DNA of 64,000 nt from the NCBI GenBank assembly GCA_047456315.1, contig CP179889.1, positions 192,776 through 256,775 of the forward strand. The letters are read 5' to 3'. Numbering within the stretch: the first letter of the stretch is position 1; each line of letters begins with the position of its first letter. The notes below the pieces were generated by a model. That model was given only the letters and a program-made list of their open reading frames with translations. It did no database searches and had not been told where the DNA came from. Positions 41,113 to 51,477 of this stretch are shown piece by piece. The position numbers were made by a program, and so were the translations under genes. This DNA is from Candidatus Nealsonbacteria bacterium (lineage in GTDB: Bacteria > Patescibacteriota > Minisyncoccia > Minisyncoccales > JANBVM01).

Positions 41113-42015
41113 ATGGCAAAAATTTTAACCACAGGTGGAGCTGGTTTTATCGGCTCCAATTTAGTAGATAAATTAATTGAAAAAGACCATGAGGTTCTTG
41201 TAATTGATAATTTATCTACCGGTAAGAAAGAAAACCTTAATCCAAAAGCCAAGTTTTTTAATCTTGACTTAAGAGATTTTGAAAAAATTAAACCAATATT
41301 TGAAGGCGTGGATTTTGTTTTTCACTTAGCTGCTTTGCCCAGGGTTCCTTTGTCAGTTGCCAAACCAAGGGAAACTAATGAAATAAATATTACAGCAACT
41401 TTAAATACATTGGTCGCTGCAAAAGACGCAAAAGTTAAAAGATTTATTTACAGCTCTTCTTCATCAATTTACGGCATGAAAAATGACTTACCGTTAAAAG
41501 AAAATATGACACCATCTCCTGTTAGTCCTTATGCTTTGCAAAAATATGTAGGCGAACTTTATTGTAAAATCTTTTCTTCTGACCTCTATAATCTTCCCAC
41601 AGTGTCTTTAAGATATTTTAATGTTATCGGCCCAAGACAGCCAGAAGAGGGAAGTTATGTTCCGGTTATTGGTCTTTTTCTAACCCAAAAAAAAAGGGGA
41701 TTGCCTTTAACAATTACTGAAGATGGTGAACAAACTCGCGATTTCACGCATGTTTCTGATGTGGTAAATGCTAATATTTTGGCTATGGAATCAGATAAAG
41801 TTGGCAAAGGTGAAGCAATTAATATTGGAGCTGGTTGTAATTACACTGTTAATAAAATAGCAGAATTGGTTGGCGGAGAAACTAAATATATTCCTGCAAG
41901 ACCTGGTGATATAAGAGAAACTTTAGCAGACATAAGTTTAGCCAAAGAATTATTGGGTTGGGAGCCCAAAACAACCCTAGAACAGGGAATAAATCAATTG
42001 AAAAATGAACAATAA
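41113..42015 (+). CDS. NAD-dependent nucleotide-sugar epimerase/dehydratase (extended SDR)
   Basis: TGGAGFIGSNL, SSSSIYG, YALQKYVGE (YxxxK). Confidence 0.8.
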   Translation: MAKILTTGGAGFIGSNLVDKLIEKDHEVLVIDNLSTGKKENLNPKAKFFNLDLRDFEKIKPIFEGVDFVFHLAALPRVPLSVAKPRETNEINITATLNTLVAAKDAKVKRFIYSSSSSIYGMKNDLPLKENMTPSPVSPYALQKYVGELYCKIFSSDLYNLPTVSLRYFNVIGPRQPEEGSYVPVIGLFLTQKKRGLPLTITEDGEQTRDFTHVSDVVNANILAMESDKVGKGEAINIGAGCNYTVNKIAELVGGETKYIPARPGDIRETLADISLAKELLGWEPKTTLEQGINQLKNEQ

Positions 42016-42982
42016 AAAAATCTTAATTAGCGGAGGGGCCGGATTTATTGGTTCACATTTAGCTGAAAAACTTCTTCAAGACAATAAAGAAGTTTTTGTT
42101 GTTGATGATCTTTCTACTGGAAGGTTAGAGAATATAGAGCACTTAAGAAATAATGAAAACTTTCATTTCATTAAAGGTTCAGTGCTTGATGAAAATTTGA
42201 TGAAAGAGTTAATTGGAAAAGTTGAACAAGTTTATCATTTAGCTGCAGCAGTTGGAGTAAAAAAAATACTTAAAGAGCCTTTAGACTGTCTTTTAACCAA
42301 TATTAATGGCACAGAAATAGTATTAAAAGAAGCAGAAAAAAGAAACGTAAAGGTTTTAATCGCTTCTTCTTCTGAAGTTTACGGAAAAGGCGATAAAGTT
42401 CCTTTTAAAGAAGAAGATGATAGGATTTACGGTTCTGTTTATAATAATCGCTGGATTTATGCTTTTTCAAAAGGAATAGATGAGTTTTTAGGACTGGCTT
42501 ACTATAAAGAAAAAAATTTACCTGTTATTATTGTCAGATTTTTCAATGTTATTGGCCCAAGACAAATAGGAAGATATGGCATGGTGGTTCCTACTTTTAT
42601 TAAACAGGTGCTTAAAGGCGAGCCTATCACTGTTTATGGAGATGGCGAGCAAACTAGAAGTTTTGCTGATGTTGAAGATATTGTTAATGCTTTGGTTAAA
42701 TTAATGACAGTAAAAAAAGCAGAAGGTCAGGTTATTAATCTGGGAGCAGACAGAGAAATTAGCATAAATAATTTAGCTAAAAAAGTTAAAGAACTAACAA
42801 ACAGTTCTTCAAAAATAACTCATATTCCATACACCCAAGCTTATCCTGATGGATTTGAAGACCTTAGACGAAGAGTGCCAGATATTTCAAATATCAGAAA
42901 AATGATTGGCTACGAACCAAAATTTAGCTTGGAAGAAACTATTAAAAAAATAATAAAATACCAGCAGCAAGCTTATCAGTAG
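42005..42982 (+). CDS. NAD-dependent nucleotide-sugar epimerase/dehydratase (UDP-glucuronate decarboxylase-like)
   Basis: SGGAGFIGSHL, SSSEVYG, YAFSKGIDE, RFFNVIGPRQ. Confidence 0.75.
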   Translation: MNNKKILISGGAGFIGSHLAEKLLQDNKEVFVVDDLSTGRLENIEHLRNNENFHFIKGSVLDENLMKELIGKVEQVYHLAAAVGVKKILKEPLDCLLTNINGTEIVLKEAEKRNVKVLIASSSEVYGKGDKVPFKEEDDRIYGSVYNNRWIYAFSKGIDEFLGLAYYKEKNLPVIIVRFFNVIGPRQIGRYGMVVPTFIKQVLKGEPITVYGDGEQTRSFADVEDIVNALVKLMTVKKAEGQVINLGADREISINNLAKKVKELTNSSSKITHIPYTQAYPDGFEDLRRRVPDISNIRKMIGYEPKFSLEETIKKIIKYQQQAYQ

Positions 42983-42983
42983 T

Positions 42984-44132
42984 TTAAAGAGAATTTATAG
43001 CTTTTTTTATTGCCTCAATAGTTTTTTTAATATCTTTTTTTGAATAATGATTTTGTAAAGGAAAATTAATAATTCTTTTGGCGACATCAATTGTATTGGG
43101 AAATTCATCTAAATTAAGATTATATTCTTTTTGGACTTCTGGGTTAAGAATAATGGGAGTATGCCAGATTCTGGTGCAGAAAATTCCGTATTTTCTTAGG
43201 TCTTTAATAAATTTGTCACGGTTTAAATTTTTTGGAACTAAAACTGAAAGAAAACTAAAAATATTGTCTTTTGATTCTTGAACCTCAAAACCTAATTTTC
43301 TCAGTTCTTCTTGAAAGAAAAAAGCCAGCTCAATTCTCTTTTTTAAATTTTCCTTAAAATCCTTTAGATAATTAAGAAAGAGATTTAGAGAAAGATTGTT
43401 GATTTTGCCAATTTCTAATTTTTCTTCCCTTTGAATTTTAGGAGCAATTTTACCCCCAAATTTTTTAAACAAAAAAGCAAAAATTCCAAAATTATTTAAT
43501 AATGAAAGAAGGTCTCTAAGATTAAAACGGGTTTTTAGTAAAGAAGTTTCTGGTTTTTTTTGCAAAACTGCCATTCCTCCTCTCAGGCAAGGAAATTGTT
43601 TATAAAGACTGAAAAGAGCAGTTTCACCGAGATTGCCGGTATAGATTCCATTTTGTGGTGAACTTGTTGAACCACACTTTGCCCCAAAAGAATGGGCGCA
43701 ATCTTCTATGATTAATAATTGATTGTCAGTAAATTGTTTAATTTTTCGAATGTCTACTGGAAGCCCATAAGTGTGGCAGACCAAGATTGATTTAGTTTTA
43801 GGAGTAATTTTCTTTTTTATATCTTCAAGTTTGATATGAAAAGTTTCTTTTTGAATATCTAAAAAAATAGGGGAGATATTATATTTTTTAAAAATGGGAA
43901 AGAAAATGTCGCAGATATAGGCGGGAAATAACATTTGGGAATTTTCAAGCTTCATTTCTTCAACAATTAATTTTAAAGCAGTTCTTCCCATATCAGTAAA
44001 AATTATTTCTTTTTGAGGAAACATTAATTTGACCTTTTTTAAAACCTCTTTATTCGGAGATTTAAAAAAAGAAAAAAATATATTTTTTAAACTTTCCATA
44101 TTAAATTTTATTTGAGGATGAACAAAAAACAT
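42984..44132 (-). CDS. DegT/DnrJ/EryC1/StrS-family PLP-dependent sugar aminotransferase
   Basis: GRTALKLIV, IIEDCAHSFGA, and the Lys context FSLYKQFPCLRGG. The start is probably M12 (MESLKN, 44099), which removes the overlap with the divergent gene. Confidence 0.7.
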   Translation of the reverse strand: MFFVHPQIKFNMESLKNIFFSFFKSPNKEVLKKVKLMFPQKEIIFTDMGRTALKLIVEEMKLENSQMLFPAYICDIFFPIFKKYNISPIFLDIQKETFHIKLEDIKKKITPKTKSILVCHTYGLPVDIRKIKQFTDNQLLIIEDCAHSFGAKCGSTSSPQNGIYTGNLGETALFSLYKQFPCLRGGMAVLQKKPETSLLKTRFNLRDLLSLLNNFGIFAFLFKKFGGKIAPKIQREEKLEIGKINNLSLNLFLNYLKDFKENLKKRIELAFFFQEELRKLGFEVQESKDNIFSFLSVLVPKNLNRDKFIKDLRKYGIFCTRIWHTPIILNPEVQKEYNLNLDEFPNTIDVAKRIINFPLQNHYSKKDIKKTIEAIKKAINSL

Positions 44133-45203
44133 AAAAAAACAATTTTAATATTTTCTGCTTTTTACGAACCTTTTGAAGGAGGAGCAGAAAGATACGTGAA
44201 AGAAATTACAAAGAGATTAAAGGAAAAATATGATTTTATTATTTTAACTTCTCGACTTTCTTTTAAATTGCCAAGATACGAAGAAAAAAAGGGGGTTAAT
44301 ATTTATCGCTTGGGAATCGGAACAAAATTGGATAAGTATCTTTATCCTATTTTAGCACTTTTTAAGTCTTTTTTCATTAAAAAAGATTTAATTCATGCTG
44401 TTTTAGAGAGTTATGCTGGTCTGTCCCTCTTTTTTCATCAAGTTTTAAATAAAAGAATACCTGCTCTTTTAACTTTACAAAGCGGGCAGGTAAAGATGCC
44501 GAAATTTTTATTTAAAAAAATTCATCAAGTTCCAGATAAAATCCAGGCAATTTCTAATGCTTTAGCTAAAAGAGCTCAACAATTTGGAGCAAAGAACGTG
44601 GAAGTGGTGCCTAATGGCATAGACCTAAACTTATTTTCCCAAGATTTAAAGATTAAAAAAGAAAAATTTAGAATTGTTTGCGTCAGTCACTTGAAAAAAG
44701 TAAAGGGGTTGGGATATTTAATTGAAGCCCTACCTGAGGTTCTGGCAAAATTTCCCCAAGCCAAACTAGTGCTTATTGGTGAGGGAACGGAAAGAAAAGA
44801 CCTTGAATCTCAAATAGCAAAACTTGGACTTCAGGATAGGGTAGAGTTAAAAGGAAAACTATCCAATCAAGTAATTCCAGAAGAACTGCAAAAAGCTGAG
44901 GTTTTTGTTTTGCCCTCGCTTTCCGAAGGTTTGGGCATTTCAATATTAGAAGCACAAGCCTGCGGGGTGCCAGTAATTGCTAGTAAAGTTGGAGGAATTT
45001 TAGATATAATTGAAGACAGAAAAACTGGCATTTTAATAGAACCAAAAAATCCCGGACAAATTGCCCAAGCTGTCATCAAAATTTTTTCTCAACCGGAATT
45101 TGCCCAGAAATTAATTCAAAATGCCAAAGACGGCTTAGATAAATATGACTGGCAAAACATCGCTCAGAAAATTAATAGAATTTATCAAGAATTAAACTTA
45201 TGA
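44112..45203 (+). CDS. Glycosyltransferase family 4
   Basis: VFVLPSLSEGLGISILEAQACGVPVIASKVGGILDII. The likely start is ATG 44118. Confidence 0.8.
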   Translation: MRMNKKHKKTILIFSAFYEPFEGGAERYVKEITKRLKEKYDFIILTSRLSFKLPRYEEKKGVNIYRLGIGTKLDKYLYPILALFKSFFIKKDLIHAVLESYAGLSLFFHQVLNKRIPALLTLQSGQVKMPKFLFKKIHQVPDKIQAISNALAKRAQQFGAKNVEVVPNGIDLNLFSQDLKIKKEKFRIVCVSHLKKVKGLGYLIEALPEVLAKFPQAKLVLIGEGTERKDLESQIAKLGLQDRVELKGKLSNQVIPEELQKAEVFVLPSLSEGLGISILEAQACGVPVIASKVGGILDIIEDRKTGILIEPKNPGQIAQAVIKIFSQPEFAQKLIQNAKDGLDKYDWQNIAQKINRIYQELNL

Positions 45204-46285
45204 AAATAATATTAGCTACCAGTATTTTCCCACCAGATATTGGAGGCCCTGCTCAATATGTGAAGAATTTGGAGAGGAGGCTTAAGGAAAGGGGAATAGA
45301 AACCGAAGTAATTTCTTATAACAATCTTAAAAAGTATCCCCAACCTCTAAGATTTTTCCTTTATTCTTTAAATCTTTTCAAAAGAGCACAAAATATTGAT
45401 ATAATTTATGTTTTCAATTTAATTAGTTGTGGTTTGCCAGCTTATTGTATCAGCAGGTTTTTTAAAAAGAAGTTTGCAATAAGGATTGGAGGGGATTTTT
45501 TATGGGAAAGAAAAATTGAATTAAACAATACTGAGCAGAGTCTGAAAGAATATTATCAGCACCCTAAAAATCTTAAGGAAAAGTTCTTCATATTTTTAAT
45601 CAAAAACATTTTGAAAGGAGCTGATATTGTTATTTTCAGTAGTAATTTTCAAAGAGAGATTTACTTAAAGCATTTTCAAATATTAAAAGAAAAAACTGTA
45701 GTTGTTTCTAATCCTTTTCCAGAAATTGAAACACCAACATCTAAATCAGAAAACACTTATCAGTTTTTATATGCAGGTCGTTTATTAAAATTAAAGAATT
45801 TGGACAAATTAATAGAGGTTTTTAATAAAGTAGTTGAAAAAACATCTAAGCCTTTAATCCTGAAAATAATTGGGGATGGTCCAGAAAAAAAGAATCTGGA
45901 AAAGAAAATTAGTGATTTAGGCTTGAATGAAAAGATAGTTATTGAAAAATCTATCCCTTATTCTGAACTGCTTAAGGAAATTGTTAAAAGCTATGTTTGT
46001 ATTTTACCTAGTTTTACTGACATTAGTCCTAATTTCATTTTGGAATGCATTAAGCTTAAAAAACCAGTTTTACTAACTAAGGAAACAGAATACTATCAGG
46101 AATTTAAAAATAGCTTAATATTTCTTGATCCTAAAGATGAAAAAGATATTGAAGAAAAAATAACTTATCTTTTAGATGACATTAATTATCAGAATTATTC
46201 TGTTAAAATTCAAAATATTCCTACCACATATTCTTGGAATGATATAGTTGAAAAACACATATTATTATTTCAAAAAATTCAATGA
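45200..46285 (+). CDS. Glycosyltransferase (GT-B fold, GT4-like, divergent)
   Basis: GT-B layout. N-terminal ILATSIFPPDIGGPAQYV and C-terminal YAGRLLKLKNL...CILPSFTDISPNFILECIKLKKPVLLTK. Confidence 0.6.
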   Translation: MKIILATSIFPPDIGGPAQYVKNLERRLKERGIETEVISYNNLKKYPQPLRFFLYSLNLFKRAQNIDIIYVFNLISCGLPAYCISRFFKKKFAIRIGGDFLWERKIELNNTEQSLKEYYQHPKNLKEKFFIFLIKNILKGADIVIFSSNFQREIYLKHFQILKEKTVVVSNPFPEIETPTSKSENTYQFLYAGRLLKLKNLDKLIEVFNKVVEKTSKPLILKIIGDGPEKKNLEKKISDLGLNEKIVIEKSIPYSELLKEIVKSYVCILPSFTDISPNFILECIKLKKPVLLTKETEYYQEFKNSLIFLDPKDEKDIEEKITYLLDDINYQNYSVKIQNIPTTYSWNDIVEKHILLFQKIQ

Positions 46286-46366
46286 AAAAAGTTTTATTTT
46301 ATTGGACTTTCTGATTATTCTAATTATAATGGAAAATAAACAAAATTAACTAAAAATGATAAAAGC

Positions 46367-48454
46367 ATGAAAATCTTAATCACCGGGAGTTCGGGCTTTA
46401 TTGGCTTGTCTTTAAGAAAATTTTTAGAAAAAAGGGGAATAGAGGTTATTCCCTATGATTTAAAGGATACTCCACCTAATGATGTTAGAGATTTTTCCAA
46501 TTTAAAATCAAAAATGAAAGGAGTTGACGGTGTAGTCCATTTAGCTGCTATTAGCCGGGTGAAATTAGGTTACGAAGACCCTTTAACCTGTATTCATACC
46601 AACATTGGAGGAACCATAAATGTTCTTGAGGCTTGTAGGCTTTATAAAAAAGAAGATGGTCACCCCTGGATGATTTTTGGTTCTTCCAGAGAAGTCTTTG
46701 GAGAACCCAAAACTCTGCCGGTAACTGAAAAAACCCCTCATAATTCTATTAATATCTATGGCGTTGCTAAGGTGGCTGGAGAGGATTTGTGCAGGAACTT
46801 TTCACAGAATTATAGGTTAAAAACCAGGGTTTTAAGATTTTCCAATGTCTATACTGGCAAAAACGATCAATTAAACAGGGTAATTCCTAAGTTTATATTA
46901 CAGGCTTTTAAAAATGAGGATTTAGTTATTAACGGGACAGGGAAAGAAGTATTTGATTTTACCTATATTGGAGATACTATCCAGGGAATCTGGGGCTGCA
47001 TTCAAGAGATTGAGAAAAGCCAGGTGTTATATAATAATTTTACTTTATCAACGGGAAGACCTACCACCTTAAAGGAGTTGGCTGAAACCATAATTAGGGA
47101 AGTGGGGAGTAAAAGTAAAACTAAATATGCTAAAGCTCGTTCTTATGACGTTAATAAATTTTACGCTGATCCTCAAAAGGCAAAGGATATTCTCGGATTT
47201 GATCCTAAGACAGGATTGAGAGAGGGTATTAGATTGGTGGTTGAAGAATTTAAGAGAGAAAAAATGATTATACCAGAAGACTTCAAGCACTTTAAGAACT
47301 TAAAAGTTCTTTCTCTGGGTTATACCCGGGATTTATTAGCTCTGCCAGAAAAAGAAAGGGGAGAAACCTCAAAGAGATTGGGTTATTATTCACGCTTTCT
47401 GGATAAATATTTTATTTTAGTTTTTTCTTTAAAAAAACATCAGCTTAAAAAGAAGGAAATTGGAAATATGATAGTTATTCCCACCAATGGGTTTGATCGA
47501 CTCGATGCTCTTTTTAAGATGTATAAGTTAGGAAAAGAAATTTGTGAGCAAAATGAAATAGATATTATTCAAGCCCAGGACCCTATATTTACTGGACTTG
47601 TTGGTTATTTCTTGAAGCGAAAATATAACAAACCTCTTAATGTTTGTGTATATGGTTGTGACCCTTACGATAAAAACTGGTTGGGAGAAAAGAAACTTAA
47701 TTTGATATTAGCTCTAGTTTCTAGGTATATAATTAAAAATTCCAATGGGATTCAGGTTGATGGTTCGGGAGTTCTACGCAGCTTAGTTAAAAAGGCCAGA
47801 ATTCCTTCTTCAAAGGTTGCCTACAAACCCATGATTCCCCAAGACATTAATCTATTTAAAACAACAGAAGGAACAACTGTTAGGAAGGAGCTTTTAAAGA
47901 ACGAGGAAGAAAAAATCCTTCTTTTCGTAGGAAGATTGACTAAACAAAAAAATATCCCCTTTCTTTTAAATTCATATAAAAAAATTCTTCAAGAGTTTCC
48001 CAGGGTAAGACTTGTTATAATTGGTCAGGGAGAAGAAAGAGAAAAACTAAAAAATATAGTCCGGAAATTAAAAGTTCAGGATAAAATAACTTGGATTAAA
48101 GAGGTGCCTTATTCAAGAATTCCTGAATACTTTAGAGCAGCTGATATTTTTGTACTTTCTTCTTTTTATGAAGGCTTCCCCAGGGTTTTAATGGAAGCTG
48201 CCATGGCAAAGAAACCCATAGTTTCAACTAATGTTAGCGGCACAGACGATATCATTATTGATGGCAGAAGCGGTTTTATAGTTCCTCAAAAAAATAAAGA
48301 AGAGTTTGTGAGAAAAATCTTGTTTTTACTCCAAACCCCAGAGATAGCTAGAGAAATGGGAAGGAGGGGGCAGGAAATTATGGAAATAAAATTTGACCCC
48401 CAATTAATTGGTTTAAAACAAGTAGAGATTTGGGATAAAATTGCCCAAAAATAA
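46367..48454 (+). CDS. Fusion protein: NAD-dependent epimerase/dehydratase (N) + GT4 glycosyltransferase (C)
   Basis: aa 1-~300 carry ITGSSGFIG, GSSREVFG and YGVAKVAGE. aa ~320-695 carry FVGRLTKQKN and IFVLSSFYEGFPRVLMEAAMAKKPIVSTNVSGTDDII. Confidence 0.75.
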   Translation: MKILITGSSGFIGLSLRKFLEKRGIEVIPYDLKDTPPNDVRDFSNLKSKMKGVDGVVHLAAISRVKLGYEDPLTCIHTNIGGTINVLEACRLYKKEDGHPWMIFGSSREVFGEPKTLPVTEKTPHNSINIYGVAKVAGEDLCRNFSQNYRLKTRVLRFSNVYTGKNDQLNRVIPKFILQAFKNEDLVINGTGKEVFDFTYIGDTIQGIWGCIQEIEKSQVLYNNFTLSTGRPTTLKELAETIIREVGSKSKTKYAKARSYDVNKFYADPQKAKDILGFDPKTGLREGIRLVVEEFKREKMIIPEDFKHFKNLKVLSLGYTRDLLALPEKERGETSKRLGYYSRFLDKYFILVFSLKKHQLKKKEIGNMIVIPTNGFDRLDALFKMYKLGKEICEQNEIDIIQAQDPIFTGLVGYFLKRKYNKPLNVCVYGCDPYDKNWLGEKKLNLILALVSRYIIKNSNGIQVDGSGVLRSLVKKARIPSSKVAYKPMIPQDINLFKTTEGTTVRKELLKNEEEKILLFVGRLTKQKNIPFLLNSYKKILQEFPRVRLVIIGQGEEREKLKNIVRKLKVQDKITWIKEVPYSRIPEYFRAADIFVLSSFYEGFPRVLMEAAMAKKPIVSTNVSGTDDIIIDGRSGFIVPQKNKEEFVRKILFLLQTPEIAREMGRRGQEIMEIKFDPQLIGLKQVEIWDKIAQK

Positions 48455-48545
48455 AGCTAAAAGAACAAACTTTTCAAGAAATAAATTTGTGTTTTATTAT
48501 TAACCAGATTGCCTTTAACCCGTTCCACAACCTGATTTTTTTACC

Positions 48546-49160
48546 TTATTCAAACTTACGAGGATAATAATTAATGGGAACTTCTAATATTTGATAGTTT
48601 TTCTTTAAAAATTTAACGGTTAACTCCTGTTCAATTTCAAAGCCATTGCTTTCCAGTTTAAGATTTTTTAAAACACTGGATTTAAAAACTTTATATCCAC
48701 AGTAAACATCATATAAATTTGCATTATAGAAAAGATTGGTGAGGAAGCTGAGGATTCTTACTCCCCAATAATGACTTTTGTAAATAGAAGAATCACCTTG
48801 ACGATAGCGGGAGCCGTAAACAATGCTTGATTTATTTTCTAAAATAGGCCTTAAAAGTTGGGGATAGTTTCCAGTATCAAGCTCCAGGTCAGCATCTTGA
48901 ATCAGAATTATGTCGCCATGGGCTTATTTAAAGCCAGTTCTTAAAGCTGCTCCTTTGCCCAGGTTTTTCTGGTGATAAATTACCATGTATTTGTTTTCAA
49001 TTGTTTTTAAGATATTCCTTGTTCCGTCAGCAGATCCGTCATCAATTAAAATCACTTCTTTTTCAAGACTTAAAATATCTGCTTTTTCCACCTTTGCAAT
49101 AAGCTTCAAGACAGCATCCTTTTCATTATAAACTGGAATAATAATTGATAATTTTTTCAT
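48546..49160 (-). pseudogene. GT2 glycosyltransferase (polyprenol-phosphate sugar synthase-like) interrupted by one in-frame TAA
   Basis: Hand translation of the minus strand gives MKKLSIIIPVYNE...LIDDGSADGT...GKGAALRTGFK-TAA(48924-48926)-AHGDIILIQDADLELD...GFEIEQELT...YYPRKFE-stop(48546). The frame stays open on both sides, and the downstream half has no Met. Confidence 0.8.
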
Positions 49161-49260
49161 ACTTTATTTATATCAGATACTATGTTTACTTCAAATAATT
49201 TAGTCCTTGATTTAACTTAAGATAAGAAGTAAACTGAATTCAGATAAAAACTATAAAATT

Positions 49261-49638
49261 ATGTCTTTTCCAACTATTTTAGCTCTTCTGGTCTCTGTTA
49301 TAATTGCCAGTACAGCCCAGATTTTTTTAAAAAAAGGGGTTTTAAATTTAACTGATTTAGACCTGTCTTTTTCTAGCCTTTTGAAGTTGTTTATTTCTAT
49401 TTTTCAGAATAAATGGCTTTTTTTAGGAGCTTCGTTATTTGTTTTCAGCTTCATTTTTTATCTTTTTGTTCTTTCTAAGCTTCAGCTAAATTTAGCTTAT
49501 CCGGTTATGGTTAGCGCCGGAATTATATTAGTCACTATTGGCTCTTGGATCTTCTTTCAAGAACAGATTTCTCAGTGGCAAGTTTTAGGAATCTTTCTAA
49601 TCATTTTTGGCATATTTTTATTACTTCCTAAGATTTAA
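49261..49638 (+). CDS. 4-TM SMR/EamA-like small membrane protein (ArnE/F-type lipid-sugar flippase candidate)
   Basis: 125 aa with four hydrophobic helices, positioned next to a GT2 gene. Confidence 0.4.
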   Translation: MSFPTILALLVSVIIASTAQIFLKKGVLNLTDLDLSFSSLLKLFISIFQNKWLFLGASLFVFSFIFYLFVLSKLQLNLAYPVMVSAGIILVTIGSWIFFQEQISQWQVLGIFLIIFGIFLLLPKI

Positions 49639-49643
49639 AAAAC

Positions 49644-50705
49644 ATGAAGCTTCTAATTATAAGTCAAAAGGTGGATATCAATGACGATAATCTTGGATTT
49701 TTTCATTATTGGCTGGAAAAATTCGCAGGCAAACTTGAGAAAGTTTATGTAGCTTGTCTTTCAGAAGGCAAACATAGTTTACCAGAAAATGTTTTAGTTT
49801 ATTCTTTGGGTAAAGAAAAAGGCTATTCAAAATTAAGACAGCTTTTTAGATTGCAGAAATTTCTTTTTAAAAATCTCAAAGAAGTAGATGGGGTTTTTGT
49901 GCATATGTGTCCTATTTATGCAATAGCTTCCTTTCCTTTGGTCAAGGTTTTTAGAAAAAAGATGATTCTTTGGTATCTTCATAAATCAGTAAACTGGAAA
50001 CTGAAATTAACCGGAAAATTAGTAGATAAAATTTTAACTGCTTCTAAAGAAAGTTGTCGTTTAAAGAATAGGGAGAAAATTGAGATTGTAGGACATGGAA
50101 TTGATACTAATTTTTTCAAACCATTAACCTTAAGTTTTAAACCTCAAGGATTAGATAATTTCAGAATCATATTTGTTGGTCGAATTGCTCCTATTAAAGA
50201 TTTAGAGACTTTAATCAAAGCAATTGATATTTTAGTAAATCAAAAAAATATTAGAAATATTAAAGTAAGAATTATTGGTAGTTCCATAGGGTATTACGAG
50301 AAAAAATATCACGAAAAACTGATAGAGTTAATAAAAGAAAAAGAATTAGTAGATTATATAGAATTTTTGGGAGGCAAGCCCCACAGAGAAGTTTTAAGAT
50401 TTTATCAAAACAATAATGTTCTTTTGAACTTATCTCCGACAGGAGGTATGGACAAAGCTGTCTTAGAAGCAATGGCTTGTAGTGTCCCGGTTTTGGTTTG
50501 TAATATAGCCTTTAAAAAAGACCTGGGAGATTTTGTCACTAAATTGATTTTTCAGAAAAAGAATCCACAAGATTTAGCGCAAAAGATTTTAAATTTAAAG
50601 AACATAGATACTGTTGGCATTGAGGGTTATTTAAGAAAACAAGTTGTTCAAAACCATAATTTAGATAATTTAATAAACAAGATAATTCATGTCTTTGAGA
50701 AATAA
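49644..50705 (+). CDS. Glycosyltransferase family 4-like
   Basis: FVGRIAPIKD...LLNLSPTGGMDKAVLEAMACSVPVL. Confidence 0.65.
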   Translation: MKLLIISQKVDINDDNLGFFHYWLEKFAGKLEKVYVACLSEGKHSLPENVLVYSLGKEKGYSKLRQLFRLQKFLFKNLKEVDGVFVHMCPIYAIASFPLVKVFRKKMILWYLHKSVNWKLKLTGKLVDKILTASKESCRLKNREKIEIVGHGIDTNFFKPLTLSFKPQGLDNFRIIFVGRIAPIKDLETLIKAIDILVNQKNIRNIKVRIIGSSIGYYEKKYHEKLIELIKEKELVDYIEFLGGKPHREVLRFYQNNNVLLNLSPTGGMDKAVLEAMACSVPVLVCNIAFKKDLGDFVTKLIFQKKNPQDLAQKILNLKNIDTVGIEGYLRKQVVQNHNLDNLINKIIHVFEK

Positions 50706-51477
50706 TTTAAAGAATCTGGCATATTTTGGATTAAATTCTATTTTTGGTTCTTTTTCTGTTAAAAAAGCAGCAATTTTGATGTATCATTCAATAGATTATA
50801 ATAAGATTTTCTTTACGGTAAGCCTTGAGAATTTTAAGAAACAGATGAATTATCTCTATAAAAGAAAATATAATGTTATTTCTTTAACTTCTTTGACAGA
50901 TTATTTGAGAGAAAAAAAAGAGATTTCAGCTAAAACAATAGTTTTAACTTTTGATGATGGCTACGAAGATAATTACTTTAACGCGTTCCCCGTCTTAAAA
51001 AAATATAATTTTCCAGCAACTGTATTTTTAATCACTGGTTTTATTGGTAAAAAAAAGCCAAATTCGGCAAACATTCCTCTTCAAATACTGAATTGGTCAG
51101 AAATCAAAGAAATGCATAATTCTGACTTGATTGATTTTGAGCCTCATACAGTAAATCATTTAAAGCTTACAAACATTGACTTAGAACAGGCTGAGAAAGA
51201 AATTTTAGAATCAAAAAATGTCATTGAAAGAGAATTAAAGAAAAAATGTCATTTTTTTGCTTATCCTTATGGAGATTACAACCAGGGGCTAAAAGAAATT
51301 TTAATAAAAAATAAATTTTTAGGAGCAGTAGGAATAAAAGAAAGATTAGTTTCTAATAATGAAAACCTTTTCAGTTTGAAAAGGAATTCTATTGACTCTT
51401 CGGTTAGTTTTTATCAATTTAAAGGTAAATTAAATTTATCAGTAAATGTTTTTAGAAAAATTTTCAAAAATGAATAA
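50689..51477 (+). CDS. Polysaccharide deacetylase (NodB homology domain)
   Basis: VLTFDDGYEDNY, then ATVFLITGF and EPHTVNH. Confidence 0.8.
   Translation: MSLRNNLKNLAYFGLNSIFGSFSVKKAAILMYHSIDYNKIFFTVSLENFKKQMNYLYKRKYNVISLTSLTDYLREKKEISAKTIVLTFDDGYEDNYFNAFPVLKKYNFPATVFLITGFIGKKKPNSANIPLQILNWSEIKEMHNSDLIDFEPHTVNHLKLTNIDLEQAEKEILESKNVIERELKKKCHFFAYPYGDYNQGLKEILIKNKFLGAVGIKERLVSNNENLFSLKRNSIDSSVSFYQFKGKLNLSVNVFRKIFKNE

Noticed and set aside
48924-48926. Alternative genetic code (stop-codon reassignment, as in some CPR lineages) as an explanation for the in-frame TAA.
   Set aside because: Every other gene I inspected in the window ends at TAA, TGA or TAG with a family-typical length, and no other in-frame stop had to be invoked. 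A single-site event or error is more parsimonious.
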